This document shows, one piece after another, positions 11,314 to 20,662 of a stretch of DNA of 64,000 nt (position 1 is its first letter; each line of letters begins with the position of its first letter). A model generated the notes under the pieces. The model saw only the letters and a program-made list of their open reading frames with translations, did not search any database and was not told the origin of the DNA. The DNA is from Bdellovibrionota bacterium (GTDB lineage Bacteria > Bdellovibrionota > UBA1018 > UBA923), in assembly GCA_040754655.1 (NCBI GenBank), contig JBFMCE010000004.1, positions 1,740 through 65,739 of the forward strand, written 5' to 3'. The position numbers and the translations under genes are program-made.

Positions 11314-11979
11314 ATGAAAATGTCACACCATACTTCAGGACATGGGGGTCATGCTTTCGCCCATCACTTCGAGAGTGCCGAACAAGAGTTTGAGACCTCG
11401 AAGTTTGGGATGTGGTTGTTCTTGGTCACCGAAATCATGCTCTTCGGTGGGCTTTTCGTGGCCTATATCATCTTCAGGGGCATGTATCCTGAGATGTTCG
11501 TCGAAGCTCACCATCACCTCGATAAGGTCATGGGCGGCGTCAACACATTGGTGTTGATTTGCAGCAGCTTGACGATGGCCCTGGCGATCGGGATGGTCCA
11601 ACGCAACAATAATAAGAAGGCCTCGATGTATTTGGTGGCCACCCTCTTGTTTGCGGCGATGTTCTTAGTCATCAAGTATTTTGAGTACAGCCATAAGTTT
11701 CATGACGGGCTGTTGCCTGGCGCGCACTTTGATGCCGCCAAGAACGGAATTCAGCACCCTAAGGCCGATCTTTTCTTCTCGATTTATTTCTTGATGACCG
11801 GATTGCACGGGGTGCACGTTTTGATCGGGATGGGCTTGATCGGTTGGATGCTCAAACGCACGATGTCCAATGAGTTCAGCTCGCAATATTTCTTTCCAGT
11901 CGAATTAGTAGGGTTGTACTGGCACTTAGTGGATTTGATTTGGATTTATCTTTTCCCACTACTTTACCTTATCGGGTAG
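11314..11979 (+). CDS. ctaE: Cytochrome c oxidase subunit III
   Basis: Hydrophobic 221-aa protein with subunit III motifs (GLHGVHVLIG, YWHLVDLIWIYLFPLLY). The start could instead be the second ATG at 11320. Confidence 0.9.
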   Translation: MKMSHHTSGHGGHAFAHHFESAEQEFETSKFGMWLFLVTEIMLFGGLFVAYIIFRGMYPEMFVEAHHHLDKVMGGVNTLVLICSSLTMALAIGMVQRNNNKKASMYLVATLLFAAMFLVIKYFEYSHKFHDGLLPGAHFDAAKNGIQHPKADLFFSIYFLMTGLHGVHVLIGMGLIGWMLKRTMSNEFSSQYFFPVELVGLYWHLVDLIWIYLFPLLYLIG

Positions 11980-11986
11980 GAGAGCT

Positions 11987-12853
11987 TTGAAAATGGAAAA
12001 GCCGACACATCAGAATTCTGGGCACGGGCATCACATCCTTCCAATGAAGGTCTACTACCTGGTTTGGATAGGCTTGATCGTGCTGACCGTGGTCACCGTG
12101 GGTTCGTCTTACATCGACTTTGGCGGTTCGATGAACATCTTGATCGCGATGATCATCGCCACGATAAAGGCGCTGCTCGTGATTCTGTTCTTCATGGGGC
12201 TCAAGTATGAGGGCCTTGAGAACAACGTCACGTTCTTTTGCACCTTCGCTTTTTTGGCGATCTTTGTGGGTCTGACGAGCGCTGATATTTTCTATCGTTT
12301 TGACACTACTCCGGTGAAAGTAGACGTGAGCGAGTTGCCGGCCTCGTCTGAACCGGTGAATGTGACGGCGCTTGCGAACGCGACGCCTGACATGATTTCA
12401 AAGGGTAAACAGCTTTATGCCCAGAATTGCGTCAGTTGCCACGGCGCTGAAGGCAAGGGCGATGGCCCAGCGGCGGCAGCGCTGAATCCGAAACCCAGGA
12501 ATTTCGTTGCCACCGAAGGGTGGAAGAATGGGCGCGGGGTCGCCGAAGTTTTTAAGACTGTGACGGAAGGGATTCCAGGAACTCCAATGCCTCCATTCTC
12601 GGGTTTAAGCCCAGACGACAGGTTTGCTCTCGTGCACTTTGTTCGAAGCGTCATGCCAAACCCTCCGGCCTCGGATGCTGCCGCTTTGGCAAGCTTGGAA
12701 AAGCAGTTTAGTGTTGCACCCAAGAAGAGGCTGCCTGTCGCATTTGCGATGAAGCTCATGGCCGAAGACGCCAAAGCCTCGGACGATCAACAAGAGAAGA
12801 AGGCCGATCGGGTTGGCTCAGCGACCGATTGCATTGGGTGCGAGACGAGGTAA
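11987..12853 (+). CDS. Cytochrome c oxidase subunit IV (prokaryotic CoxIV family) fused to a class I cytochrome c domain
   Basis: The N-terminal ~110 aa form three TM helices like bacterial CoxIV (ILIAMIIATIKALLVILFFMGLKYE). The C-terminal part has CVSCHG plus a distal GTPMPPF Met-ligand region. Confidence 0.7.
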   Translation: MKMEKPTHQNSGHGHHILPMKVYYLVWIGLIVLTVVTVGSSYIDFGGSMNILIAMIIATIKALLVILFFMGLKYEGLENNVTFFCTFAFLAIFVGLTSADIFYRFDTTPVKVDVSELPASSEPVNVTALANATPDMISKGKQLYAQNCVSCHGAEGKGDGPAAAALNPKPRNFVATEGWKNGRGVAEVFKTVTEGIPGTPMPPFSGLSPDDRFALVHFVRSVMPNPPASDAAALASLEKQFSVAPKKRLPVAFAMKLMAEDAKASDDQQEKKADRVGSATDCIGCETR

Positions 12854-12965
12854 ACGGAATCGGTTTGCAGTCAGTCGCGAACGGAGTTCACTTTACGGAT
12901 ACCGGTTGACTGGTTTACGGGTTTCGGGACTCGGTGCCGGTGAACGGGTTCAGGTTACGTTTTTC
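12854..12965. repeat. Dispersed intergenic repeat family, locus 1 (after the oxidase cluster)
   Basis: Contains the modules GGTTTACGGGTTTCGGGA, CCGGTTGAC and GGTGAACGGGTT, which are shared with the other loci. Confidence 0.5.
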
Positions 12966-13117
12966 TAGGGATCTCAACAAAAGCGCCGAAAGATGTCCAA
13001 AGTCTAGACAAGTATCTAGTTTATTGTGAACTAGAGCAAGTACAAAGCCAGTCTTTTCAATAAGATAGCGTTGGTATCTGCCATGCATTGATCTCTTATT
13101 TAAGAGAGAGAAAATGC

Positions 13118-14641
13118 ATGAAGAGACAGAGTTTTTTGAGAAGAGTATTGAGGTTGTTTTCGGTCGGGTTCCTTGTTGCTACGGCCTCAACAGTTTGTTT
13201 TTCATCCCTTTCCTTAGCGGAAGAGAATCGTACCCTTGGTGATGGCGCCGAAAAGAGAGTTCAAAAATCAGGTTTAGCCGTTCTAGAAGAATACAAAGCA
13301 AATATTGATCGAAAAATTCTGGAAGAGATCACCGCTAAAACCCAGGCTCGCGCAAATTTTGAGAAAGAACGCCATGCGGCTGAGCAAGCCGCGATGGACC
13401 ATGCCATCAAGACTTTCTTGAATTCAAACTCAACCGAGGCTGAGAGACTTAGGGCCGTTGAAGCTCTTGTTCCCCTTTCTGCGAAGTTCTTGAGTGAGCA
13501 CGCTGACTCGCTCGAGCTCATGAGGGGTGGTTATGCATCGGTCAATCCGGTGGTGCAATCGATCTTTTTCAGGTTGCAGGAAGTCAGCAAGAAGAAGATG
13601 GCCGATCCTCATGAGTACCGAGATGCTTCGAAAGTCTTGGCGTCACAAGACAAGTATGACTTGAAAGAGTCGCTTGAAGAGCTTTTCCCAATTAGGGAAT
13701 GGACGTGTTGGAAAGGAGAAGATCTTAGCGCCATTCAGGCTGATTTTGACCGACAGATTGCTGACGAAAAAGAATCAATTGAGGAAAAAAAACGTAAGAT
13801 CGCATCAATCGAACAGAGCCCTGAATTTTTGAGGGCAAAACAACTCAAGGTGATCGAAGAGAAGGTCAATGAGATTTTTGATTGCGCCACCTCTATTGGT
13901 AGCCAAGATGGCTGTGAAAGAGCGATAGCAAAACTTGTCGAGGGCTTTCCCTACGACGATTTTGATCTCGACTACAATGAAATGAGGATCGTCGATCCTG
14001 GTTACGCAAAAGACAGACTACGCGAACCTGTGTTTACCGCCGCTCAGAATGTGCATGATCAGCTAAAGTCAAAAAAGGTCAGGCTTCCCGACGAAATTCA
14101 GTCGCTCAAGGAGCTTATGGGTAAGAAATTCGGGCTTCTCTTTAATGAGAGGGTTTCGGATAAAAATCCTAAAGACCACCGTTATGCTCTGACTTCTTTT
14201 GGGCAAGATTATCTTTCTTTTTTAGTCTTTGGATATGGGCCATTTGATCCTAAACCTCGAAGCGTGCAAGTGCATCGCATTCCAGAGATCGTAGCTGAAG
14301 TTGAAAAGCTCAAGCAACTGGATAAGAAAAACTTTCCCGACGGAGTACCAAGATTACCGTTGAATTTACGTTATCATCCGATAAGCGCTGTTGAAAACTT
14401 GCAGTTTTTCAAGAAATACGGGCGAGAAGACCAACTGAAAGAAAAAAAGCAAAAGGTCACCGAGTGTTTTGCAGATAGAGCGGTGGTCGATGAAAAGATT
14501 AGGCAGCCGAAGAATGTGGGCAAGGACCTTCCTTCGGCTGGTGATGTTGCCGCATGGCGTACGGACTTGATCAAGGTTGTGAAGAAATACAGGGGCGATC
14601 TTGATGATCCGAAGGCGCTTAAGCCAAATGAGCTCTGGTAA
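13118..14641 (+). CDS. Hypothetical secreted protein, charged and coiled-coil rich
   Basis: The ATG at 13118 gives a signal peptide (MKRQSFLRRVLRLFSVGFLVATASTVCFSSLSLAEE). It is a long uninterrupted ORF with K/E-rich segments, and I recognise no family motif. Confidence 0.6.
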   Translation: MKRQSFLRRVLRLFSVGFLVATASTVCFSSLSLAEENRTLGDGAEKRVQKSGLAVLEEYKANIDRKILEEITAKTQARANFEKERHAAEQAAMDHAIKTFLNSNSTEAERLRAVEALVPLSAKFLSEHADSLELMRGGYASVNPVVQSIFFRLQEVSKKKMADPHEYRDASKVLASQDKYDLKESLEELFPIREWTCWKGEDLSAIQADFDRQIADEKESIEEKKRKIASIEQSPEFLRAKQLKVIEEKVNEIFDCATSIGSQDGCERAIAKLVEGFPYDDFDLDYNEMRIVDPGYAKDRLREPVFTAAQNVHDQLKSKKVRLPDEIQSLKELMGKKFGLLFNERVSDKNPKDHRYALTSFGQDYLSFLVFGYGPFDPKPRSVQVHRIPEIVAEVEKLKQLDKKNFPDGVPRLPLNLRYHPISAVENLQFFKKYGREDQLKEKKQKVTECFADRAVVDEKIRQPKNVGKDLPSAGDVAAWRTDLIKVVKKYRGDLDDPKALKPNELW

Positions 14642-14709
14642 ACGCAAGTCACGACATCGTTCTTAAGTGCGATTTTGCCTTAGTGAAACAAGGTTTCGAG
14701 TCTTGGGTC

Positions 14710-15279
14710 TTAAGCCGCTCTTGGTTTGTGCCGCGATTCTCCGGTAGTATCCTCTGAGACAAAACGAGGTTTCGAAGGAGTTGGCTTCAGCATTTCGTCT
14801 TCTTCCACGCTCACATGGTCATTACCAGCCATTGCTCCAAACGCCGCGGCAAAGGGAATAGGAAGCCCCATTTGCATCGCCATCCAAAGCAGGCCCTCTG
14901 GCGCCTCAGAAGGGGAATAGGTTGTGAACACCACGCCGGGGTAGACCGAGTAGCCGAAGAAACCAAGCGCCCCGCAAAGGATGACCGTCAGTACCCAGAC
15001 CATGAGACCGTTCATGGCTGCGACCACTCGCGAGCGTTCGCTCAAGACGAGGCCAGTGACATAACCGCCTGCCGCGTGGCCTAAGATGACTGAAGTAATC
15101 GCCCAGAGCGCTTTTACGACAAGCAGTGCTATAGGGTCGGTTCCACGAAACTGCAAGAGACCAAACGACATTGCAAACAAGCTTGAAATTCCCATCACTG
15201 CCGATGCAGTAGTGACCCCTAGAAAAATGGGCAACCAAGAAGGCCGGTGTGTTTCTCGAATGCGTTCTGTCATTTCCAT
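14710..15279 (-). CDS. Hypothetical integral membrane protein (about 4 TM) with an acidic or charged C-terminal tail
   Basis: 189-aa ORF with clear hydrophobic helices (WLPIFLGVTTASAVMGISSLFAM, VWVLTVILCGALGFFGY). No family is recognised. Confidence 0.5.
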   Translation of the reverse strand: MEMTERIRETHRPSWLPIFLGVTTASAVMGISSLFAMSFGLLQFRGTDPIALLVVKALWAITSVILGHAAGGYVTGLVLSERSRVVAAMNGLMVWVLTVILCGALGFFGYSVYPGVVFTTYSPSEAPEGLLWMAMQMGLPIPFAAAFGAMAGNDHVSVEEDEMLKPTPSKPRFVSEDTTGESRHKPRAA

Positions 15280-15386
15280 GAATGGAGGAGAGTTGCAAAC
15301 GACGTTCCTAATGGAATTTAAGGTAGCGGCATTCGTCGCTCGGTTGTTGGAGGCGTAAAGCAGTTACCTATGTTCTGTTACTACTA

Positions 15387-15591
15387 GTCAGCTCCGGCGC
15401 CGAAGCTGACAGTCCCACCACCCAACTTGGCTCTGCGCCGAGCATTCTGAGTAAAACAGTACGTTTTTCTATTTTGGCAAATGTGCGGAGGGCAATAGAA
15501 TTGCCGGTAATCGTTGGCCTCCAAGGCACGATTCCAAACTCCGGCGCGGGAGCTGGACGCGCGCTCTAGCAAACTCCGGCGCGGGAGTTTG
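15387..15591. repeat. Three hairpin-forming copies of a CTCCGGCGC-core motif
   Basis: GTCAGCT-ccggcgccga-AGCTGAC (15387-15410), CCAAACTCCGGCGCGGGAGCTGG (15534-15556) and CAAACTCC-ggcgcg-GGAGTTTG (15570-15591). Confidence 0.6.
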
Positions 15592-15633
15592 GTGCATGCC
15601 TCTTGCCCCACAATAATCCCAAGTCGCCCTCGG

Positions 15634-17031
15634 TTACTTCAGCGACAAAATGCCCTGGGCCGCCATCCAAGGCAAAAGAATGTACAGCGTCACATCACGT
15701 ACGAGATAATAGGCGATGAAGCCTGCGACCATCTTCCAACCATAGGTTTTCACTAGCGCTTTTAGCCCTCGCGTTCGGAAGATCTGGGTAGCTTCTTTCA
15801 CCCAGCGAAAAAAGCGAAACCTCAAAAGCCCTTTCCTAAATCCGTCTTCAGTAGCGCAAAGCGCGCTCCACCGTAAGACCGTCAAGAAGCCCGCGGTAAA
15901 CATCAAAAAGGCGGCGCTCAGAAAAGGCACTGCCATCCCAAGCGCACCATACATCCAGCCCGCGATCGGAGGACCTAATACGCGAGCGAGGCTGCCAGCA
16001 GATTGATAGACGCCCAAAGTGGCGCCGCGCCGCTCTGCCCGCGCGCCCTTTGATGCAAGACTTGAGAGAGAGGGATTCGTGATCCCATTGCCCACAGCCA
16101 AAAGACTTAAGGCAAAAATGACGATGGCCGCGTGTTGGGAGAGGGCGAAGAAAATAAGTCCAATCGCCATGAAGAGAGTCCCCAATAGAATAAGATAACC
16201 CTCTCCAAACTTCTTCGAGAGCTTGCCGATGAATCCTCCCTGAATCACGACCATCATTGTTCCCATGAAGGCAAGCAACCAACCCGCTGCTTGCGCGTCG
16301 TATTTGTAACGATCAGTCATGAAAAGAGCGAAGCATACTTCCAGCTGGGTGATGGCAAGAGTCGCGAGAAAGAAGAGCAGGGTAGCCATTCTTGTTCGCG
16401 AATCGCCCATGGTTTCGATAAAGGCCTGCTTATCAAACCGCTTGACCCTGTTCTTTTCCCTCACCGCTTTCGTTGAAGCGGGTTCAGTGAGGCGATAGTA
16501 AGCAAAGATGATGTTCACAAATGAAAGACCAGCGGCGAAAAACATCGGAGCGGAGTAGCCGTATCTCGAGAGCACTCCTCCGATGGCCGGGCCGAAAATG
16601 AATCCCAGCCCAAAAGCCGCGCCAATCATTCCCATGCCTTTTGCGCGGTTTTCAGGAGTCGTGACGTCGGAAATATAAGCGGTAGCCGTTGAAATATTGG
16701 CGCCTGAGATTCCTCCAAAGATCCGTCCAAAGAAAAGCCAGAGCAAGTCAGGAGCGATGCCTAAGATCACCATGGAAAGAGAGGTGCCGAACATGCTGAA
16801 AAGCAGAACCGGTCTTCGGCCGATATGGTCTGAAAGCCTTCCCCAAAGGGGGGCAAAGAAGAACTGAGCTGCGGAATAACACATCATCAGCCAGCCCAGT
16901 TCAGCCGGGCTCGCACCATATCGAGTCGCATAGTAGGGTAAGATCGGAATGACGATTCCGAACCCAACAAGATCGATGAAGATGACAAGAAAGATGATCA
17001 GCAGAGGGCTCTTTTTTGCATTCATAGCCAA
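15634..17031 (-). CDS. MFS transporter (drug:H+ antiporter-like) with an additional ~90-aa C-terminal extension
   Basis: MFS motif A-like GRLSDHIGRRPVLL and a 12-TM-like profile. The C-terminal extension contains an amphipathic basic stretch and one more hydrophobic helix. Confidence 0.85.
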   Translation of the reverse strand: MAMNAKKSPLLIIFLVIFIDLVGFGIVIPILPYYATRYGASPAELGWLMMCYSAAQFFFAPLWGRLSDHIGRRPVLLFSMFGTSLSMVILGIAPDLLWLFFGRIFGGISGANISTATAYISDVTTPENRAKGMGMIGAAFGLGFIFGPAIGGVLSRYGYSAPMFFAAGLSFVNIIFAYYRLTEPASTKAVREKNRVKRFDKQAFIETMGDSRTRMATLLFFLATLAITQLEVCFALFMTDRYKYDAQAAGWLLAFMGTMMVVIQGGFIGKLSKKFGEGYLILLGTLFMAIGLIFFALSQHAAIVIFALSLLAVGNGITNPSLSSLASKGARAERRGATLGVYQSAGSLARVLGPPIAGWMYGALGMAVPFLSAAFLMFTAGFLTVLRWSALCATEDGFRKGLLRFRFFRWVKEATQIFRTRGLKALVKTYGWKMVAGFIAYYLVRDVTLYILLPWMAAQGILSLK

Positions 17032-17104
17032 GGTTCACGCACTTTACCCAAGCGTGCCTGTTTTCAGAAGCCTTTTCTGCAATTCTTGATCTTAATGAGG
17101 GGCC

Positions 17105-18820
17105 TTACGCCGTTTCCCTCGATTCTTGATTTGCCAGGGCGACTTTTAAAGGCAATTCGACAATGAACGTGGAACCCTCTTTGGGTTTGCTCTCGACGCG
17201 GATCGTTCCGCCATGCGCCTCGACGATTTGAGAGGTGATCCAGAGTCCGAGGCCGGTTCCGGCGTAACTTCGAGATGAAACTGCGCGCTCGAAACGTTGG
17301 AAGATGCGCTTCTGCTGATCCGACGAGATGCCAATGCCGTGGTCACGCACCTCAATGCAAACTGTCGCAAGCCGTTGTTCGATCGAAATTTCAACGGGCT
17401 TGTTCTCCCCGTACTTGACGGCGTTTGAAATGAGGTTTGTCAGGATCTGCTCGATTCGGATTCGATCAAATCTTCCCATCAAAGACTTGGGCAACGCCAA
17501 TATGAACGCATTCTGCCCTGAGGACGAGCTTGCCCGAACACGTTTTACGACGTCGTGGACAACCTCGCAAAGATCAACGTTCTCGAGCTCTAAGCGAAAG
17601 TTCCTGTGTTCGAGGTAAGAGACGTCGAGAAGCTGCTGTACAAATTTAATGACTCGTTTGCATTGCTTCTCCGCGTTTTGCGAAAGCAGTTGAAGTTTAT
17701 TTTTTTCGACGATCTGGCTTTGCAAGGCTCTCTCAATGAGTTGGACATAGCTATACAGCGCCGAGAGCGGGGTTTTGAGCTCATGCGACGCCACTGAGAC
17801 GAATTCGTGCCTCGCGTGAATGGCCTCGTTAGCATCGCGATAAAGGATTGCGTTGTCTATCGCTAGCGCTGAACGTCCTGCGAGCCCATGAACGAGCTCA
17901 CGATCTTGCAAGCCTTGCCTTCGTTCGGGCGAAGTGACGCCCAAGGTCAGGATGCCTATGACCCTGTTGCGGGCCTCGAGCTTCAGAGACCAGGCTTGTT
18001 TGATCTTGAGTTTTTTGAACGCCTCGATGCGGCTATCGTTGAGGCTCAACATGCGAATTAGAGGCTCTTGTGTAAGATCGAACTCGATGAGGTCATCTGA
18101 ATTGAAGATTGTCTTCAACCACTGGCACGGGCCCGTGTTGCTCGTCAGAGAATTCTCTAATGCATGCAAGTCTCTTTGAATGAAAGGGTCTTGATGAGCC
18201 ACTTTCGCGCGCTCCAGGTTCCAATCGCCTTTCTTCAGGTCCAGAATGCAACAATCCGCTATTTGAGGCACCACAAGCGCGGTTACCGCGGAAATCGTCT
18301 CTCGCAAATCTAGCGAGGCATCGAGAACCGTGCTGGCATTGGCCAGGTAGGTGGCCCTCCTCCTGGCCAGTTCGGCCAGGGTGCGTGAATGTTGTTCTTT
18401 GAGCAAGAGATTAAGCCGCTCCTGCTGCAGACGATAGTGTAAACTCACATCGCGGAAGCTCCAAACCCGGCCCACTGGTTTATCGTCGATGAGTTGGGGT
18501 CTCGAATATCTTTCAAAGATGCGGTCGTCTTTGAATTCGAGAATGTCGAAGCTCTGTTCCAAGGGTTTAGAGTAAAGTTCTCGCAACTTTTTCAAGAAAC
18601 TCTCCGGGTCCTTGAGTTGCTTCACCGCGAATTCGATGGCGAGTTTGTGGTCGCGCACACGAATGATTTCTTCCGGTATATTCCACATCACGTAAAAAGG
18701 CTTATTGCAGGTGACGATCTTTCCTTCTCTGTCAGTGACGAGTATGCCGTCGATCGTTGACTCTAGGGTTGCCCGAAGTAAAGACGCGATACGTTTGGGA
18801 TCGTTGCTTTCGAAACTCAT
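17105..18820 (-). CDS. Cytoplasmic sensor histidine kinase (PAS - GAF-like - HisKA - HATPase_c)
   Basis: H-box SVASHELKTPLSAL, N-box LTNLISNAVKY, G1 DHGIGIS and G2 GTGLGLWI. The N-terminus is PAS-like (DGILVTDREGKIVTCNKPF). There is no adjacent response regulator. Confidence 0.85.
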   Translation of the reverse strand: MSFESNDPKRIASLLRATLESTIDGILVTDREGKIVTCNKPFYVMWNIPEEIIRVRDHKLAIEFAVKQLKDPESFLKKLRELYSKPLEQSFDILEFKDDRIFERYSRPQLIDDKPVGRVWSFRDVSLHYRLQQERLNLLLKEQHSRTLAELARRRATYLANASTVLDASLDLRETISAVTALVVPQIADCCILDLKKGDWNLERAKVAHQDPFIQRDLHALENSLTSNTGPCQWLKTIFNSDDLIEFDLTQEPLIRMLSLNDSRIEAFKKLKIKQAWSLKLEARNRVIGILTLGVTSPERRQGLQDRELVHGLAGRSALAIDNAILYRDANEAIHARHEFVSVASHELKTPLSALYSYVQLIERALQSQIVEKNKLQLLSQNAEKQCKRVIKFVQQLLDVSYLEHRNFRLELENVDLCEVVHDVVKRVRASSSSGQNAFILALPKSLMGRFDRIRIEQILTNLISNAVKYGENKPVEISIEQRLATVCIEVRDHGIGISSDQQKRIFQRFERAVSSRSYAGTGLGLWITSQIVEAHGGTIRVESKPKEGSTFIVELPLKVALANQESRETA

Positions 18821-18951
18821 GCTGATTCCTCGCTTTTGCCCACAGCAACGCTTCTGTGCCAGATTTCATAAAGAAGAAAGCATTAAATGAGAAAAAAACA
18901 TATAGTAGGCTAGTCGATACTGTTCTTGAATTGTAAGAATGAGAAGACTGG

Positions 18952-20298
18952 TTGTATGCTCTTAAAAAAATGAACCCAAAGAGCGCTATAAATCCAGAGA
19001 AGGCCGTTTACTTTGCCGCCGTCGTCTATACGACCTTTGTGTTTGGTTCAATGGCCATGATGAGCATCGGCGCTGGATTGGTTTTCGCTGTGTGGGTGTT
19101 TTGCAGGTTTGGGAAACTCAAGAGCGAGCTAAAGGCCTACGGTAAATCTCCCCTGGCGCTACCTTCGTTGGTTTTAAGCGCGGCTTGCTTATGGTCGTTG
19201 ATTTGGGCGTCGATTTCGGGGCTTGAGTTTTATGGCGAGAAACCGAAGATCGATTGGGTTCAAGACTCGCGCAAGCTTTGGCATATTGCATTTCCATTTA
19301 TATTCGCGGCGCTTTTATCGCGCCTTTCAGAGACAAGGCTACGCCGTGTAACCAAGATTTGGCTCTTTGCCGGTCTGGCGTCTGCGCTGCTCGGAATCGC
19401 GCAATACTATGTTCCGTTCTATAAACCGATGCTCTTACCCCATACCGTATATGAGGGTTACTCGCAAGGCGGCGGTTTATGGGGTGCGCTTCGAGGAAAG
19501 TACCATGCCACGGGGCTTGCGGGTTTCCATCTGAGTTACGCTTCGATCATGGCCTTCCCGGCGTTGGTATGGCTGTCGATCGCGGCTGTTCTTTACCGAC
19601 GAGTCGGGGTCAAGAAATCAGTTGCGATCGCCTCTGGCGTTTTTTTGCTATTCTTCCTTGCCAATATTCTTACTTATTCAAAGATCGCTTGGATCTCGAT
19701 GCCCCTTGCGGCGATGGCTACGGCTTTATTTGGATTCAAGGGAAGATCGCGAGTGGTCGTCATCGCCGCCGTCGTCGTCGCAAGCATCGCTTGGTCGACG
19801 TCTTCTGAGTTTCAGCTTCGCTTCAAAGGGCTTTATGGCGACAACTATAGCATCAAAGAACGGTTCGCAGTCTGGTCAGCCAACGTCGAGATGATCAAAC
19901 AGCACCCTTTTTTCGGCGTGGGTTGGCATCACAATGCCGCGTTGACCGAACCTTACTTTCGAAGCACTGGCGAGCTTAACCCATTCGTCTCGCACGCGCA
20001 CAACAACCTCTTAGACCAATGGGCCAGCACAGGGCTTTTGGGGATGCTCGCTTTTCTTTGGTGGAATTGCGTCGTCTTTGTGATGAGCTTTCGGATTTAC
20101 AAATTCAATCACACGCTTTTATGGCGAGGATTGGGCTTGGGTTTGATGAGCGGATGGTTGTGTTTGCACCTGAACGGATTGACGCAATCGAATTGGTGGG
20201 ATGCAAAAGTGCTTCACCAGATCACCTGGATCACGGCCCTTACCTTAGAGCTGCATCGTCGCCACCAAGCTCATGCGGCGGCCAGGCAAAAACGATAG
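18952..20298 (+). CDS. O-antigen ligase-like (Wzy_C/WaaL family) polytopic membrane protein
   Basis: About 10-12 TM helices and a periplasmic-loop motif resembling O-antigen ligases (SHAHNNLLDQWASTGLLG). The start may be the ATG at 18970. Confidence 0.65.
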   Translation: MYALKKMNPKSAINPEKAVYFAAVVYTTFVFGSMAMMSIGAGLVFAVWVFCRFGKLKSELKAYGKSPLALPSLVLSAACLWSLIWASISGLEFYGEKPKIDWVQDSRKLWHIAFPFIFAALLSRLSETRLRRVTKIWLFAGLASALLGIAQYYVPFYKPMLLPHTVYEGYSQGGGLWGALRGKYHATGLAGFHLSYASIMAFPALVWLSIAAVLYRRVGVKKSVAIASGVFLLFFLANILTYSKIAWISMPLAAMATALFGFKGRSRVVVIAAVVVASIAWSTSSEFQLRFKGLYGDNYSIKERFAVWSANVEMIKQHPFFGVGWHHNAALTEPYFRSTGELNPFVSHAHNNLLDQWASTGLLGMLAFLWWNCVVFVMSFRIYKFNHTLLWRGLGLGLMSGWLCLHLNGLTQSNWWDAKVLHQITWITALTLELHRRHQAHAAARQKR

Positions 20299-20410
20299 CG
20301 GTCTGGTTGATTAACCTGCGCTAAAGCCGTCGCGTTGCTCGGCTGCCGCGAGTCGCCTTGAACACTCTCAATTAAAAGATTTTGATGGCCGTAAGAAGAG
20401 GAGACGAGCC

Positions 20411-20647
20411 ATGAGTGCGCAACCAGAACCTAGAACTCAAGCCGATGAGACTTCCGAGACAAGTGACCTAGAGAAGTACCGCGAGCACCGGATGGAAAAT
20501 GACTCGCCTGATTTGCCATTTCGTCTGCACGGCAGACGCACCGGCAGGGACTGGGGCCTTCTCTTGTTGATTCTGGCATTGGGATTGGCGATTCCCCTGG
20601 CTTATATCGCCATCAGCCTGATCAGTGCGGTCATTAGCCAAGATTAA
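20411..20647 (+). CDS. Small hypothetical membrane protein (acidic N-terminus, one C-terminal TM)
   Basis: 78-aa ORF with a GAGGAG-type RBS upstream of the ATG at 20411 and one clear TM (WGLLLLILALGLAIPLAYIAISLI). It ends 16 nt before the CBS gene. Confidence 0.4.
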   Translation: MSAQPEPRTQADETSETSDLEKYREHRMENDSPDLPFRLHGRRTGRDWGLLLLILALGLAIPLAYIAISLISAVISQD

Positions 20648-20662
20648 GCGATGGAGGTTTTT

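Noticed and set aside
17032-17104. Hairpin CACGC...GCGTG between the MFS start and the histidine kinase stop as a terminator
   Set aside because: The stem is only 5 bp, the loop is 11 nt and there is no U-tract on the relevant strand. That is too weak to call.
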